A DNA stretch of 64,000 nt from Panacagrimonas sp. (GCA_052386745.1 JBQTJW010000007.1:117998-181997); one strand, 5' to 3'; positions 17,158 to 29,198 are shown, counted from the first letter of the stretch. The notes: generated by a model not told the origin, from the letters alone. Numbers and translations: made by a program.

Positions 17158-18360
17158 TCAGGACCTGGCGGCCGGCGCCGGGGGCGCTTCCGGCGCGGCC
17201 TCGGGTTTCGGTGGTGCGGCCTGCTCGGGCGCCGGCGATGGGGCCGGGGCCGGGTGCGGGTTCACCGCGGCGCCGGGCTTGAGCTTCTGCACGCCCTCCA
17301 CCACCACCTGGTCGCCGGGGTTCAGCCCTTTCTGCACCAGCCAGTCCGCGCCCATGCGCGCGCCCATGATCACGTCGCGGCTCTGGGCCTTCTTCTGCGC
17401 GTCGATCACCCAGACCGAGGTCTTGCCCTGCAACTCCCGCACCGCGCGCTGCGGCACGAGCAGAGCATTGTCGAGGTGGTCAGTCTCCACCAGCACGCGC
17501 GCGAATTGCCCGGTCAGGAGTTCGCCGTCGGGGTTGTCCACCACCAGGCGCACCGGCAGCGTGCCGGTGCGGGTGTCGACCGCGGCCTCGATGAAATTGA
17601 GGCGGGCAGGGCGGTGGAACTCGGTGCCATCGCCCAGCACGATGCGGAACACGCGGCTGGGGTCGGGCTTCTCGCGCGAGATGCCGAACCGGTGCTGGAG
17701 TTCGAGCATGCGGCGCTCGCTGATGCTGAAGTTCACGTACATCGGGTCGGTGTCGTACACCGTGGCGATCAGCGTGGAATAGGCCGTCACCAGCCCGCCG
17801 CCGCGCACCTGCACCCGGCCCATCACGCCGTCGATGGGCGAGGTGATGGTGGTGTAGGCCAGGTTCAGTTCCGCCGTCTTCAGCGCTGCCTGCGCCGAGT
17901 CGACCGACGCGCGCGTGGCCGCGCGCCGCGCCGACACCGCGTCCAGCTCCTGCTGGCTGACGGCGTTGAGGTCGAACAGCGGCGCCACGCGGGCGTAGTC
18001 GCGCTCGGCCTGTTCCACCGAGGACTGTGCCTGCGCCACCGCGGCCAGCGCCTGCGCGCGGGCGGCGATGTAAGGCTGCGGGTCGATGACGAACAGCACC
18101 TGGCCCTTCCTGACACGCGCGCCTTCCACGGCGGCGAGCTTCTCCATCAGCCCGCCGACGCGGGGGCGGATCTCGGCGGTATTGAAGGCCTCGGTTTCGG
18201 CCACGTACTCCATCGTCACCGTCGCGGCGCGGGGCTGGAGGTCCAGCGTCGTCACCTCCGGGACCGGAGATGCGGGCGGTGGCGGCGGCGCCGAACAGGC
18301 GGCCAGCCCGACAGCAGCGAGACCCAGGAGAGACAACACGACCGCGGAGGGCAGCGACAT
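17158..18360 (-). CDS. RND periplasmic adaptor (MFP) lipoprotein
   Basis: Lipobox LAAC; EIRPRVGG, TITSPIDG, VDTRTGT motifs; upstream of the permease. Confidence 0.93.
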   Translation of the reverse strand: MSLPSAVVLSLLGLAAVGLAACSAPPPPPASPVPEVTTLDLQPRAATVTMEYVAETEAFNTAEIRPRVGGLMEKLAAVEGARVRKGQVLFVIDPQPYIAARAQALAAVAQAQSSVEQAERDYARVAPLFDLNAVSQQELDAVSARRAATRASVDSAQAALKTAELNLAYTTITSPIDGVMGRVQVRGGGLVTAYSTLIATVYDTDPMYVNFSISERRMLELQHRFGISREKPDPSRVFRIVLGDGTEFHRPARLNFIEAAVDTRTGTLPVRLVVDNPDGELLTGQFARVLVETDHLDNALLVPQRAVRELQGKTSVWVIDAQKKAQSRDVIMGARMGADWLVQKGLNPGDQVVVEGVQKLKPGAAVNPHPAPAPSPAPEQAAPPKPEAAPEAPPAPAARS

Positions 18361-18393
18361 GAGGAGGCACCAATTGTTGCTAGCTGCATTATT

Positions 18394-18407
18394 ATTAGCA
18401 TGCTAAT
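18394..18407. promoter_or_regulatory. perfect 14-bp palindrome ATTAGCATGCTAAT, SlyA/MarR-type operator
   Basis: Lies in the 49-bp gap between the divergent MFP and MarR genes; 11/12 match to the SlyA consensus TTAGCAAGCTAA. Confidence 0.7.
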
Positions 18408-18409
18408 TT

Positions 18410-18928
18410 ATGGTCAAGCCGCCCTCCCGCATTCCAGTGAAAGATCGTCCAGACGACCCCGATTTCCAGTTCGCCAATCTCGTGCGGGAGACCTACTGGC
18501 TCCTGCGCGAAAACGTGGACCGTCGCCTGAGTCCCATGGGCCTGTCGCAGGCGATGTGGCGTCCGCTGCTGATCCTGCACGGCACGGACGGGCCGATGAC
18601 GCAGTCGCAGCTCGCCCGGGCGCTGGGCGTGGAATCGCCGACCGTGGTGCGCCTGCTGGACCGCCTCGAAGCTCGCGGGTGGATCCGGCGGTGCCACTGC
18701 CCGAACGATCGGCGCGCGTATCACGTGGAATTGACCGAGCAGGCGCTCGGCCTGTGCGTGGATCTGGAAGCTGTCGTGGCCGAGGTGCGCCGCGAGGCCC
18801 TGGCCGGTATTGATCCGGCCGACATTGAAGTCGCAATTGCCGTGCTTGATCGCGTGCGCGCCCGGATTGCCGGGATGGGCCCCACCGGGGAGGTCCAGAC
18901 CGGCGCCAGCGACCGGCCGGCAGGGTAA
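18410..18928 (+). CDS. MarR-family regulator (SlyA-like); start may be GTG 18438
   Basis: QSQLARALGVESPTVVRLLDRLEARGWIRRCHCPNDRRA winged-HTH; divergent from the RND operon. Confidence 0.88.
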   Translation: MVKPPSRIPVKDRPDDPDFQFANLVRETYWLLRENVDRRLSPMGLSQAMWRPLLILHGTDGPMTQSQLARALGVESPTVVRLLDRLEARGWIRRCHCPNDRRAYHVELTEQALGLCVDLEAVVAEVRREALAGIDPADIEVAIAVLDRVRARIAGMGPTGEVQTGASDRPAG

Positions 18929-18992
18929 GGATCAGGCGACCATCGCATAGAATGGGGCGCTACGCGCTTATCCGAAGCGCACCGGATCTCCC

Positions 18993-20516
18993 ATGAATCG
19001 ACGCGTGTTCTGTGTTGTCTGCACGGTGATGGGCGCTGCCCTGGGCCTGGCCTCGGGTGCGGCGCTGGCGTTCAGCTTCGAAGACGTGGCGGCCCGGGCT
19101 CAGGCCCTCTCGGCAGAGCCGTACAAGGCGAGCGGAGGCGACCTGCCGCGCGAGCTGATCGAGCTGTCCTATGACCAGTATCGCGACATCCGTTTCAAGC
19201 CGGACGAGGCCGTCTGGCGCAACCGAAAACTGCCGTTCGAGCTCCAGCTGTTTCATCCCGGTGCAAACTTTCGCCAGCCGGTCAAGATCAACCTGATTGG
19301 TTCGCACGGGGTGGAACCGCTCCCGTTCAAGTCCGAGCTGTTCGATTACGGCAAGCTCAACGAGCAGATCAACCCGAAGAATTTCAACGATATCGGCTAC
19401 GCCGGCCTGCGCGTCCACTACAACCTCAACGACCCCCGCTACAAGGACGAGGTGCTCGTCTTCCAGGGCGCGAGCTACTTCCGCGCGCTCGGCAAGTCGC
19501 AGCGCTACGGCCTGTCCGCGCGCGGTCTGGCGGTGGATACCGGCCTGCTCTCCGGGGAGGAATTCCCGGTGTTCAAGGAACTGTGGGTCGCATGGCCGAG
19601 CCCCCAGGACCAGCACCTGGTGATCTACGCGCTGCTCGATTCGCGGCGTGTGACCGGCGCCTACCGCTTCGAGCTCAAGCCCGGGGAGACCACGACCCTG
19701 GACGTGACCCTGCGCCTGTTCCTGCGCGACAAGGTGGCGAAGCTCGGCATCGCGCCGCTGACCAGCATGTTCCTGTTCGGAGAAAACCAGCGCGCGGTCC
19801 AGGAGGATTACCGGCCCGAGGTGCACGATTCCGACGGCCTGATGGTGCGCACCGGCAACGACGAATGGATCTGGCGGCCGCTGCTGGACCCGCGGCGGCT
19901 GATCGTGACCTCGTTCGGCACCACCAATCCCAAGGGTTTCGGCCTGATGCAGCGTGACCGCACCTGGGAACACTATGAGGACCTGGAGGCGCGCCACGAG
20001 CTGCGTCCCAGCGCTTGGGTGGAGCCCAAGGGCGACTGGGGTCCGGGGCGCGTGGAACTGGTCATGATCCCCACCCCGGACGAGACCAACGACAACATCG
20101 TGGCCTACTGGGTGCCGGACCGTCAGCCGCCGCCCGGCCGCCCGCTTGACCTGAGCTACAAGCTGTCCTGGGAAATGAACGCGGAAACGCGCCCGCCCAC
20201 GGGCTGGACGGTGCAGTCGCGCCGCGGCCACGGGTGGCTGCGCGACTCCGACGATTCCATCCGCATGGTCGTGGATTTCGACGGCCCCAAGCTGCGCGAA
20301 CTCCAGCCGGACGCCAAGGTGCTGGGCGCCCTGTGGCTCAACGACAACGGTGAGCTGATGGAGCGCCAGGTGTTCCGCAACGAGGTGACCGGCGGCTGGC
20401 GCCTGTCATTCCGCTTCCGCCGCCTGGATGCGGAGAAGCCGGTGGAGATGCGCGCCCTGCTCAAGAACGACCAGGACGTGCTGACCGAAACCTGGAGCTA
20501 CCTGCTCGCGCCGTGA
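18993..20516 (+). CDS. opgG: osmoregulated periplasmic glucan biosynthesis protein G
   Basis: FQGASYFRA, YGLSARGLA, RPEVHDSDGL, DETNDNIVAYW; directly upstream of opgH. Confidence 0.88.
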   Translation: MNRRVFCVVCTVMGAALGLASGAALAFSFEDVAARAQALSAEPYKASGGDLPRELIELSYDQYRDIRFKPDEAVWRNRKLPFELQLFHPGANFRQPVKINLIGSHGVEPLPFKSELFDYGKLNEQINPKNFNDIGYAGLRVHYNLNDPRYKDEVLVFQGASYFRALGKSQRYGLSARGLAVDTGLLSGEEFPVFKELWVAWPSPQDQHLVIYALLDSRRVTGAYRFELKPGETTTLDVTLRLFLRDKVAKLGIAPLTSMFLFGENQRAVQEDYRPEVHDSDGLMVRTGNDEWIWRPLLDPRRLIVTSFGTTNPKGFGLMQRDRTWEHYEDLEARHELRPSAWVEPKGDWGPGRVELVMIPTPDETNDNIVAYWVPDRQPPPGRPLDLSYKLSWEMNAETRPPTGWTVQSRRGHGWLRDSDDSIRMVVDFDGPKLRELQPDAKVLGALWLNDNGELMERQVFRNEVTGGWRLSFRFRRLDAEKPVEMRALLKNDQDVLTETWSYLLAP

Positions 20517-23017
20517 CCGTGGAATCGCCCAAGGGTTTGCCGGATGACCGGATCGCCGAGTACCTGCGCCGGTTGCCGCTGGACGAGCCGCGTCGCCAGG
20601 CCTTGCAGGGCGAGGTGGCTGGCCTTTCGCCGGAGCGGGCGTTCGATCACATTCATGGCGCGCTGGCGGTCCCGCCCGCCGGCCACGGGCGTTCGTTGAA
20701 GTCGGCAGCCTCGCGGCTGCGGATGCACTGGGCGCAGCGCCACCTGCGCGGCGACGCGGTGCTGTCCCGCCTGCTGCAGACGGACAGGCAGAACAATCCG
20801 CGCCTGGTCACCACGCCGCCACTGGCGCGCGCCTCGATGACGCCGCTGCCGTGGGACACCAACCTCGTGGCGCGCCTGATGCGCGGCCTGCGGGCGCGCT
20901 GGTTCGGGCTGCGTGGGCAACTCGTCATCCGCGAGCCGGAGGCCTCGCCGGAAGGGGCGGCCACCGAGAGCGAGCGCGACGTGCACTGGCTGGGCGCCGC
21001 GCGGCTGCGCCGCCTGATCCTGGTGAGCTTCATCCTCATCCAGACCTGGCTCGCCACCTATTTCATGACGGCCATCCTTCCGTACCACGGCACGCACTGG
21101 CTGGAGATGATCATCCTGGCCATCTACGCCATCCTGTTCGCCTGGGTCGGTGCCGGTTTCTGGACCGCGCTGATGGGCTTCTGGGTGCTGGTGCGGGGCA
21201 AGGACAAGTACTCGATTTCCGCCACGGCGGCAGCGGACACGCCCATCTCCAGCGAGGCCCGCACCGCCATCCTGGTGCCGATCTGCAACGAGGACGTGCA
21301 CCGGGTGTTTGCCGGCATCCGCGCCACCTACGACTCGCTGGTGCGCTCGGGCGGGCGGTCCCATTTCGATTTCTTCATCCTCAGCGATTCCAGCGAGGCC
21401 GACACTCGCGTGGCGGAGCTCGACGCCTGGCTGCGCCTGTGCCGCGAGGTCAACGGCTTCGGCCACATCTTCTACCGGCGGCGCGTCAACCGCATCCGGC
21501 GCAAGTCCGGCAACGTGGCCGACTGGTGCCGGCGCTGGGGCAGCCAGTACCGCTACATGATCGTGCTGGACGCCGACAGCGTGATGTCCGGCCCCTGCCT
21601 GACCCGCCTGGTGCAGATGATGGAGGCCAATCCCAAGGCCGGCATCATCCAGACCGCCCCGCGCGCCTCCGGGCGGGACACGCTCTACGCCCGCATCCAG
21701 CAGATGGCCACGCGCATCTACGGCCCGCTGTTCACCTCGGGCCTGCATTTCTGGCAACTGGGCGAGAGCCATTACTGGGGGCACAACGCCATCCTGCGCG
21801 TGGCGCCGTTCATGCGGCACTGCGCGCTGGGCAAGATCGAAGGCAGCGGCCCGCTGGCGGGCGAGATCCTGAGCCACGATTTCGTGGAAGCCGCGCTCAT
21901 GCGGCGCGCCGGCTGGTCGGTGTGGATTGCCTACGACCTGCCGGGCAGCTACGAGGAAATGCCGCCCTCGCTGCTCGACGAACTCAAGCGCGACCGCCGC
22001 TGGTGCCAGGGCAACCTGCAGAACTTCCAGCTGTTCACGGCCCAGGGCCTGCACCCGGCACATCGCGCGGTGTTCATGACCGGCGTCATGGCCTACCTGT
22101 CGGCGCCGCTGTGGTTCCTGTTCCTGGTGTTGTCCACCGCGCTGCTGGCGGTGAGCGTGCTGTCGGAACCGGTGTATTTCGTCGAGCCCTACCAGCTGTT
22201 CCCGCGCTGGCCGGAGTGGCATCCGGAATGGGCCATCCGCCTGTTCGGCGCCACGGCCACGCTGCTGTTCCTGCCCAAGGTGCTGGCGGCGCTGCTGCTG
22301 CTGCTCAAGCCGGAGGAACTGCGTGGCTTCGGCGGGCCGCTGCGCATGCTCGGCAGCGTGTTCATGGAGACCGTCTTTTCTGCGCTGCTGGCGCCCATCC
22401 GCATGCTGTTCCACACGCGTTTCGTGGTCGGCGCGCTGCTGGGGCTCAAGCTGTCGTGGAAGTCGCCGCCGCGGGGCGACAACGAAACCGGCTGGCGCGA
22501 GGCGCTGACCATGCACGGCGGCGGCACCGTGCTGGGCTTGCTGTGGTCGGCGGGCGTCTACAAGCTGGACCCGGGCTACATCTGGTGGCTGCTGCCGGTG
22601 GCGGGCAGCCTGGTCGTCTCGATTCCGATCTCGGTCTGGTCCTCGCGCGTGACGCTCGGGCGTGCGTTCCGCAACGCGCGCATGTTCCTGATCCCGGAAG
22701 AATCCATGCCACCGATCGAGCTGCGCTGGCTGCGGATGGCGCTCAAGCGCGTGCGCGAGCCCCTCGCTGACTTTCGCGCCGCCGTCGTGGCACCGGCGGT
22801 CAACGCGCTGGTGTCCACGCACGGTATTCCCCGCACGCGGCGGCCCGCCGCGCTGGTCCATCAGCGCGAGCAGTTGATCGAGCAGGCCGTGACCTCCGGT
22901 CCGGACGCCATCGGCGACACGCAGCGCAACGTCCTGCTGGGCGACCCGCTGCTCCTCGGAAAACTGCACACCCAGGTCTGGACCGACGCGCGCGCGCATC
23001 AGGCCTGGTTCGATTGA
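20513..23017 (+). CDS. opgH: glucans biosynthesis glucosyltransferase H (GT2)
   Basis: RKSGNVADW, VLDADS, YWGHNAI, ILSHDFVEA, RDRRWCQGNLQ. Confidence 0.93.
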   Translation: MTVESPKGLPDDRIAEYLRRLPLDEPRRQALQGEVAGLSPERAFDHIHGALAVPPAGHGRSLKSAASRLRMHWAQRHLRGDAVLSRLLQTDRQNNPRLVTTPPLARASMTPLPWDTNLVARLMRGLRARWFGLRGQLVIREPEASPEGAATESERDVHWLGAARLRRLILVSFILIQTWLATYFMTAILPYHGTHWLEMIILAIYAILFAWVGAGFWTALMGFWVLVRGKDKYSISATAAADTPISSEARTAILVPICNEDVHRVFAGIRATYDSLVRSGGRSHFDFFILSDSSEADTRVAELDAWLRLCREVNGFGHIFYRRRVNRIRRKSGNVADWCRRWGSQYRYMIVLDADSVMSGPCLTRLVQMMEANPKAGIIQTAPRASGRDTLYARIQQMATRIYGPLFTSGLHFWQLGESHYWGHNAILRVAPFMRHCALGKIEGSGPLAGEILSHDFVEAALMRRAGWSVWIAYDLPGSYEEMPPSLLDELKRDRRWCQGNLQNFQLFTAQGLHPAHRAVFMTGVMAYLSAPLWFLFLVLSTALLAVSVLSEPVYFVEPYQLFPRWPEWHPEWAIRLFGATATLLFLPKVLAALLLLLKPEELRGFGGPLRMLGSVFMETVFSALLAPIRMLFHTRFVVGALLGLKLSWKSPPRGDNETGWREALTMHGGGTVLGLLWSAGVYKLDPGYIWWLLPVAGSLVVSIPISVWSSRVTLGRAFRNARMFLIPEESMPPIELRWLRMALKRVREPLADFRAAVVAPAVNALVSTHGIPRTRRPAALVHQREQLIEQAVTSGPDAIGDTQRNVLLGDPLLLGKLHTQVWTDARAHQAWFD

Positions 23018-23130
23018 GAGCATGGACCTGAGCCTTGCGCCGCTCGCCGGGTGCTGGCGGGCGCCGCCGGAGTTCGTTCACCTGTGACCTGCGGCTATCC
23101 TTGCGCAGCTTTTTTCACCGACTCCGACCC

Positions 23131-24510
<1,380 letters not shown>

Positions 24511-24529
24511 GGGCGGGGCCGCATTCGTT

Positions 24530-26167
24530 TCAGAGGGATTTCAGGTGTGCGGCCAGTCGAACGGCCATTGCCACGATGGTCAGGGTTGGATTGGCATGGC
24601 TGCTGGTGGGGAACACCGCTGAACTGGCCACGAAGCAGTTGGGCGCTTCGAACAGGGCGCAGTTGGTGTCCACCACGCCCGTTTCGGGGCTTGCGCCCAT
24701 CCGCGTGGTCCCGATCAGGTGGCCGCCCAGCGGCAAGGAACTCCTGAGCTGGCTGTCGAGCTGCGCTTCGTCAAATTCCAGCGTGGCCACGCCCGAGCGG
24801 TTGATGGTGTCGCGGAGCAGGTGGAAGGCCCGGCGCGCGCGCTCGAGGTCGGGCTCGTCGATTTTCCACTGGATGCTGACCCTGGGCAGACCGTGCGCAT
24901 CCCTGGCAGTCGGATCGAGCTGCACGCGGTTGTTGCGCGAGGGCGTCTGCTCGCAGTTGAATTCCAGCGGATAGCTGCCATCGGCATTGGGCACCAGCGT
25001 ATAGGGCAGCTTGCGCGTGGCCAGCACGCGCTTGAACAGCCAGTCGTATCCAAAGCGCAGGAGATCGACGGGGTGCCGGATGACATTGCGCAGGTGGGCC
25101 CAGATCGAGGATGAGGCTCCGTCCTGCCGGTTGTGCTGAAGGATCGTGCGGTACTCCGCGATCAACACCGCCTTGGCCAGAAAGATGGCCGACATCACCG
25201 CGCTGCCGTGGCGCGCGTCCGCGTAATTGGGAAAATGCAGGCGGAAGGCCGTGTTGAGCAGCCCATGCTGGCGCAGCGCCTCCGGCGTGAACAGGAGCTT
25301 GCGACGGCAGTAGACCTCGTCCCGGGTCTTTTCGAACCAGAATTTCACCGCCTGCCCGCGCGCGGAGAGTCGGCCGATGGTGTTCTCGAAATGGCAGGCG
25401 TAGTAACGGCCCACCAGGTCGTGCGCATTGCCGATGCCCGCCGGGTCGGACGCCAGCAGCAGGCGCGGCGTTTCGATGCCGCCGGTGGCCAGCACGAAAT
25501 AGTCTGCTTCCACGAGATGGCGTGCACCGTCCGGGCCGACCACCTCGATCGATGCGATGCCGCTTCCATCCGGCCGCCGCAGCAACCGCAGGCAGCGGGT
25601 GTTGAGCACGGCGGTGACGTTGTGCGAGCGGGCAATCTTCGCGTGGTAACGCGTGCCGAAATTCGTTGGAAGGCTGTAGCGCTCGATGGCGCCGGTGTTC
25701 AGGACACCGCCCCCGTCGAGGCCGGCGATGAGCTCGCCAGGCGTGGCCAATGACCCGGACGTGCTGAAATCGGCAGCGCCCGCGTCGCAGTACGCCATGG
25801 CCCGCGGGTAGTGCCGGGCGACCTCGTCGTAGGCGATGGGCCAGCCGCTGTCGGGCAGGTAGCCGCGCGGCTCGAAATCGATGGGGTCGAAGGGAACACA
25901 TCGCCCTCCCCAGATTCCGGATGTGCCGCCGAAGCTCACCCTGCGAAAGTCGCGCGCAGCGGGATGCGGGGCCGTCACGGCGCCGTCGTAGTACTCGCTC
26001 CCATGCGGTGCGTGCTTGATGCCGCCTGCTTCAAGCAGCAGCACGGGGAATCCGCAGCCGTCCAGTTCGCAGGCGAGCGTGATGCCGGCCGGTCCCGCTC
26101 CGACGATACAGACGCGGGATTTCGCGGGCACGGAAAAATGATCCGAAGGTTTGTTATGCAGCAGCAT
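24530..26167 (-). CDS. GMC-family FAD oxidoreductase
   Basis: IVGAGPAG Rossmann motif, FGGTSGIWGG, HLIGTTRMG, HANPTLTIVAMA; start placed at MLLHNKP. Confidence 0.85.
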   Translation of the reverse strand: MLLHNKPSDHFSVPAKSRVCIVGAGPAGITLACELDGCGFPVLLLEAGGIKHAPHGSEYYDGAVTAPHPAARDFRRVSFGGTSGIWGGRCVPFDPIDFEPRGYLPDSGWPIAYDEVARHYPRAMAYCDAGAADFSTSGSLATPGELIAGLDGGGVLNTGAIERYSLPTNFGTRYHAKIARSHNVTAVLNTRCLRLLRRPDGSGIASIEVVGPDGARHLVEADYFVLATGGIETPRLLLASDPAGIGNAHDLVGRYYACHFENTIGRLSARGQAVKFWFEKTRDEVYCRRKLLFTPEALRQHGLLNTAFRLHFPNYADARHGSAVMSAIFLAKAVLIAEYRTILQHNRQDGASSSIWAHLRNVIRHPVDLLRFGYDWLFKRVLATRKLPYTLVPNADGSYPLEFNCEQTPSRNNRVQLDPTARDAHGLPRVSIQWKIDEPDLERARRAFHLLRDTINRSGVATLEFDEAQLDSQLRSSLPLGGHLIGTTRMGASPETGVVDTNCALFEAPNCFVASSAVFPTSSHANPTLTIVAMAVRLAAHLKSL

Positions 26168-26429
26168 CGTGAATGATCGGGCTGGCGGTTGAAGCGCGTC
26201 GCTGGCGAACAGGGCGCTGAAGGATGGGCGGTATTCAACATCCGGGCCATGGCGCGGACGGGTCAAGCTTGCATCGAATCGTGGCCGGGAAGCAGTCGTT
26301 GTCCGCGGCGAACGCGGCATTTTCGAAGCGATGACGGCGGGATGGGCTGTCATCCATTCTTAACCCCACGGTCACCTCAGTACCACGCGCCTTTCATAGA
26401 TTTCTCAGCGTCAAATCACGAGAAATCCA

Positions 26430-27230
26430 ATGCTGGCAATCATGCAGGATGAGGTTGATCGGGGTGAGCCGCGTGCCGAACCGAGGCAGCGGTTCGCCGT
26501 CAGTTTCGCACGCGATGGCCAGGAGATTCTGGAGTCGCAGCGTTTGCGTTACCGCGTCTTTGCCGAAGAGATGGGGGCCCAGCTGGACAGCGGCAGCGAA
26601 GGCGTCGACCGCGACCAGTACGATCCCTGGTGCCGGCACCTGCTGGTGCGCGATACCGACACCGGCCACGTCGTGGCCTGCACCCGCATTCTCACCGACG
26701 AGCAGGCGCCCAATGCCGGCGGGTTCTACTCGTCGGGTGAGTTTGACCTGTCGATGGTCGACTCGCTTCCGGGCCGCTGCATGGAAATCGGGCGCACCTG
26801 TGTTGACCGCGCCTACCGCAACGGTGCGGTGATCGCGCTGCTCTGGCAGGGCATTGCGGCGCACGTCACGACGGAGGGGTTCGATTACCTGTTCGGCTGC
26901 GCGAGCATTGGCTTGCAGGACGGCGGTGCGCAGGCGCACGCCATCCTCCAGCAGATCCGCGGCCGCCACTTTGTGCCCGAGTATCAGCGAGTGCGGCCGT
27001 ACTATCCGCTCCCGGCCGTTGACGGACGCCCGTCAGACAAGGTTCGTTTGCCGCCCCTGCTGAAGGCCTACCTGAGCCTGGGCGCCAAGGCCTGCGGGGA
27101 CGCCTACTGGGATCGCGATTTCAACTGCGCGGACGTGTTCATGCTGCTCAACGTCAGCGACCTGAATCCTCGCTATACCCGTCACTTCCTGGAGCGATCC
27201 GCGACGACGACGGTCCAAGGGCATGCTTGA
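26430..27230 (+). CDS. olsB: GNAT N-acyltransferase, OlsB-like (ornithine lipid synthesis step 1)
   Basis: QRLRYRVFAEEMGA, DRDQYDPWCRHLLV, MEIGRTCV, LPPLLKAYLSLGAK; paired with an O-acyltransferase as in olsBA. Confidence 0.7.
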   Translation: MLAIMQDEVDRGEPRAEPRQRFAVSFARDGQEILESQRLRYRVFAEEMGAQLDSGSEGVDRDQYDPWCRHLLVRDTDTGHVVACTRILTDEQAPNAGGFYSSGEFDLSMVDSLPGRCMEIGRTCVDRAYRNGAVIALLWQGIAAHVTTEGFDYLFGCASIGLQDGGAQAHAILQQIRGRHFVPEYQRVRPYYPLPAVDGRPSDKVRLPPLLKAYLSLGAKACGDAYWDRDFNCADVFMLLNVSDLNPRYTRHFLERSATTTVQGHA

Positions 27231-28077
27231 TCCGCGTCCCACCGTCGATCTGCTGAGCGAAACCGAATCGGGCGGCGAGGGCGCCGCTTCTCTGGGCCGC
27301 GAGTTCGGCCCCGGCCGGTCGCCGGCGGCGTCGCTGCGCATGGCGCTGCGTGTAGTTCAGCTCCTTCCGCATGTCGCGTACGGGCTGATTCTCACTGCGG
27401 TGGTCCTGTTCGACTTCACCGGCAAGGTGAGGCGCGAGCGGCTCGCACAGCATTGGTCGTCCCACCTGCTGCGCATACTGGGCGTCCGGGTCCGTGCACG
27501 CGGGCAGGCGGTCGAGGGTGCCAGCATGATGGTCGCCAACCACATTTCGTGGCTGGACATCTCCGTGCTGTTCGCATGCGCCAGGACCCGCTTCGTGTCC
27601 AAGTCGGAGGTTCGAAAGTGGCCGGTGGCCGGCTGGCTGGCCGAAGGCTGCGGCACGTTCTACATCCGTCGCGGAAGGAACGACTCGCGGCCCCTGCTCA
27701 ACAAGCTGGTGCCGTACCTGCGCAACGGCGGCTCGGTGGTGGTGTTTCCGGAGGGCACGACGACCGGGGGCGACGGGGTGAGGCTCTTTCACCCGCGCCT
27801 GTTTGCCGCGGCAATCGAGTCCGGTGTCTGGGTGCAGCCGGTGGCCCTGCGTTACGGTCAGGGCGATGGCGGCGTCACCCTGGCCCCATTTGTCGGAGAT
27901 GACGATTTGTTGTCGCACCTGCTGCGACTGCTGCGCAATCGTGTCATGGACGCCGAGGTCATCTTCTGCCCGCCGATTGATCCGGCAGGGCGGTCACGCG
28001 AGCTGCTCGCCAGGATGGCGCGCGCCTCGATCTGCCGTGCGCTGGGCGTCAGCGCTGAAGGCGATAGCGGAGCCTGA
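27223..28077 (+). CDS. olsA: lysophospholipid/lyso-ornithine lipid O-acyltransferase (PlsC/OlsA-like)
   Basis: ANHISWLD (HX4D) and FPEGTT motifs; overlaps the olsB-like gene. Confidence 0.68.
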   Translation: MLDPRPTVDLLSETESGGEGAASLGREFGPGRSPAASLRMALRVVQLLPHVAYGLILTAVVLFDFTGKVRRERLAQHWSSHLLRILGVRVRARGQAVEGASMMVANHISWLDISVLFACARTRFVSKSEVRKWPVAGWLAEGCGTFYIRRGRNDSRPLLNKLVPYLRNGGSVVVFPEGTTTGGDGVRLFHPRLFAAAIESGVWVQPVALRYGQGDGGVTLAPFVGDDDLLSHLLRLLRNRVMDAEVIFCPPIDPAGRSRELLARMARASICRALGVSAEGDSGA

Positions 28078-28149
28078 ATCGGCCCCTGAAATGGCGCGTG
28101 AATCTACGCCTGGAGCGGCCGTCCGGCGCCGGGCAGCGTAAAATGGGGC

Positions 28150-29139
28150 ATGAGTACGACCCCTTCCGCTCCTGCTGCGATCGTTCCCGGTGTGAAGCTG
28201 CGCGGTGCGGAGAAGATGGCGCGCATTCCCATCAAGTTCGAAGCCACCAGCACGTTGCCGCGCAAGCCCCCCTGGATCCGTGCGCGCCTGGGCAGCTCTG
28301 CGGAGGTGGATCGCATCAAGGCGATCCTGCGCGAGCAGAACCTGCACACGGTCTGTGAAGAGGCCAGCTGCCCGAACCTGAGCGAATGTTTCGGCAAGGG
28401 CACCGCCACCTTCATGATCATGGGCGATGTCTGCACGCGGCGCTGCCCGTTCTGCGACGTGGCGCACGGTCGACCGGAGCCGCTGGACACCAGTGAACCG
28501 GTCAAGCTGGCGCAGACGATTGCGGCATTGAAGCTCCAGTACGTCGTCATCACCAGCGTGGATCGGGATGACCTGCGCGACGGCGGTGCGGCGCACTTCG
28601 CCGCCTGCATCCGGGAATCTCGCGCCGCCAGTCCGGCGCTCAGGATCGAGGTGCTGGTGCCCGACTTTCGTGGTCGCATGGACCCGGCCCTGACGATTTT
28701 TCGGGACACGCCGCCGGATGTGTTCAATCACAACCTCGAAACGGTGCCTCGCCTGTACAAGCAGGCGCGCCCCGGATCGGATTACGACTGGAGCCTGGAC
28801 CTGCTGGAGCGATTCAAGGCCCTGCATCCCGATGTCCCGACAAAATCCGGATTGATGCTCGGGCTGGGCGAGGCGATCGAAGAGATTGAACAGGTGATGC
28901 ACGATCTGCGCGCGCACAAGGTCGACATGCTGACGCTCGGCCAGTACCTGCAACCGTCGCGGAACCACCTGCCGGTGGCGCGCTTCGTCCACCCGGACGA
29001 GTTTGATCGCCTGCGCGTGCTGGGAGAGCAGATGGGATTCGCACACGTCGCCAGCGGTCCGATGGTGCGTTCCAGCTACCACGCCGACCAGCAGGCGCAT
29101 GGCTTGGTCGATGTGATGCACAGCGGGTCAACGCCGTGA
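28150..29139 (+). CDS. lipA: lipoyl synthase
   Basis: [20 protein letters not shown] radical-SAM motif, NHNLETV, RSSYHA. Confidence 0.97.
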   Translation: MSTTPSAPAAIVPGVKLRGAEKMARIPIKFEATSTLPRKPPWIRARLGSSAEVDRIKAILREQNLHTVCEEASCPNLSECFGKGTATFMIMGDVCTRRCPFCDVAHGRPEPLDTSEPVKLAQTIAALKLQYVVITSVDRDDLRDGGAAHFAACIRESRAASPALRIEVLVPDFRGRMDPALTIFRDTPPDVFNHNLETVPRLYKQARPGSDYDWSLDLLERFKALHPDVPTKSGLMLGLGEAIEEIEQVMHDLRAHKVDMLTLGQYLQPSRNHLPVARFVHPDEFDRLRVLGEQMGFAHVASGPMVRSSYHADQQAHGLVDVMHSGSTP

Positions 29140-29198
29140 TCGCCCCGCGCGATGGCGCGTAGCGGCAACCGTCGCGGTAGGCAGATCGGCGAACGAGT

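Noticed and set aside
1895-23023. Very long antisense or alternative-frame ORFs (e.g. 1926..4367 -, 7557..10157 -, 13989..17282 +, 20498..23023 -)
   Set aside because: These are shadow ORFs expected opposite high-GC3 genes; they have no motifs or RBS and fully overlap better-supported CDSs
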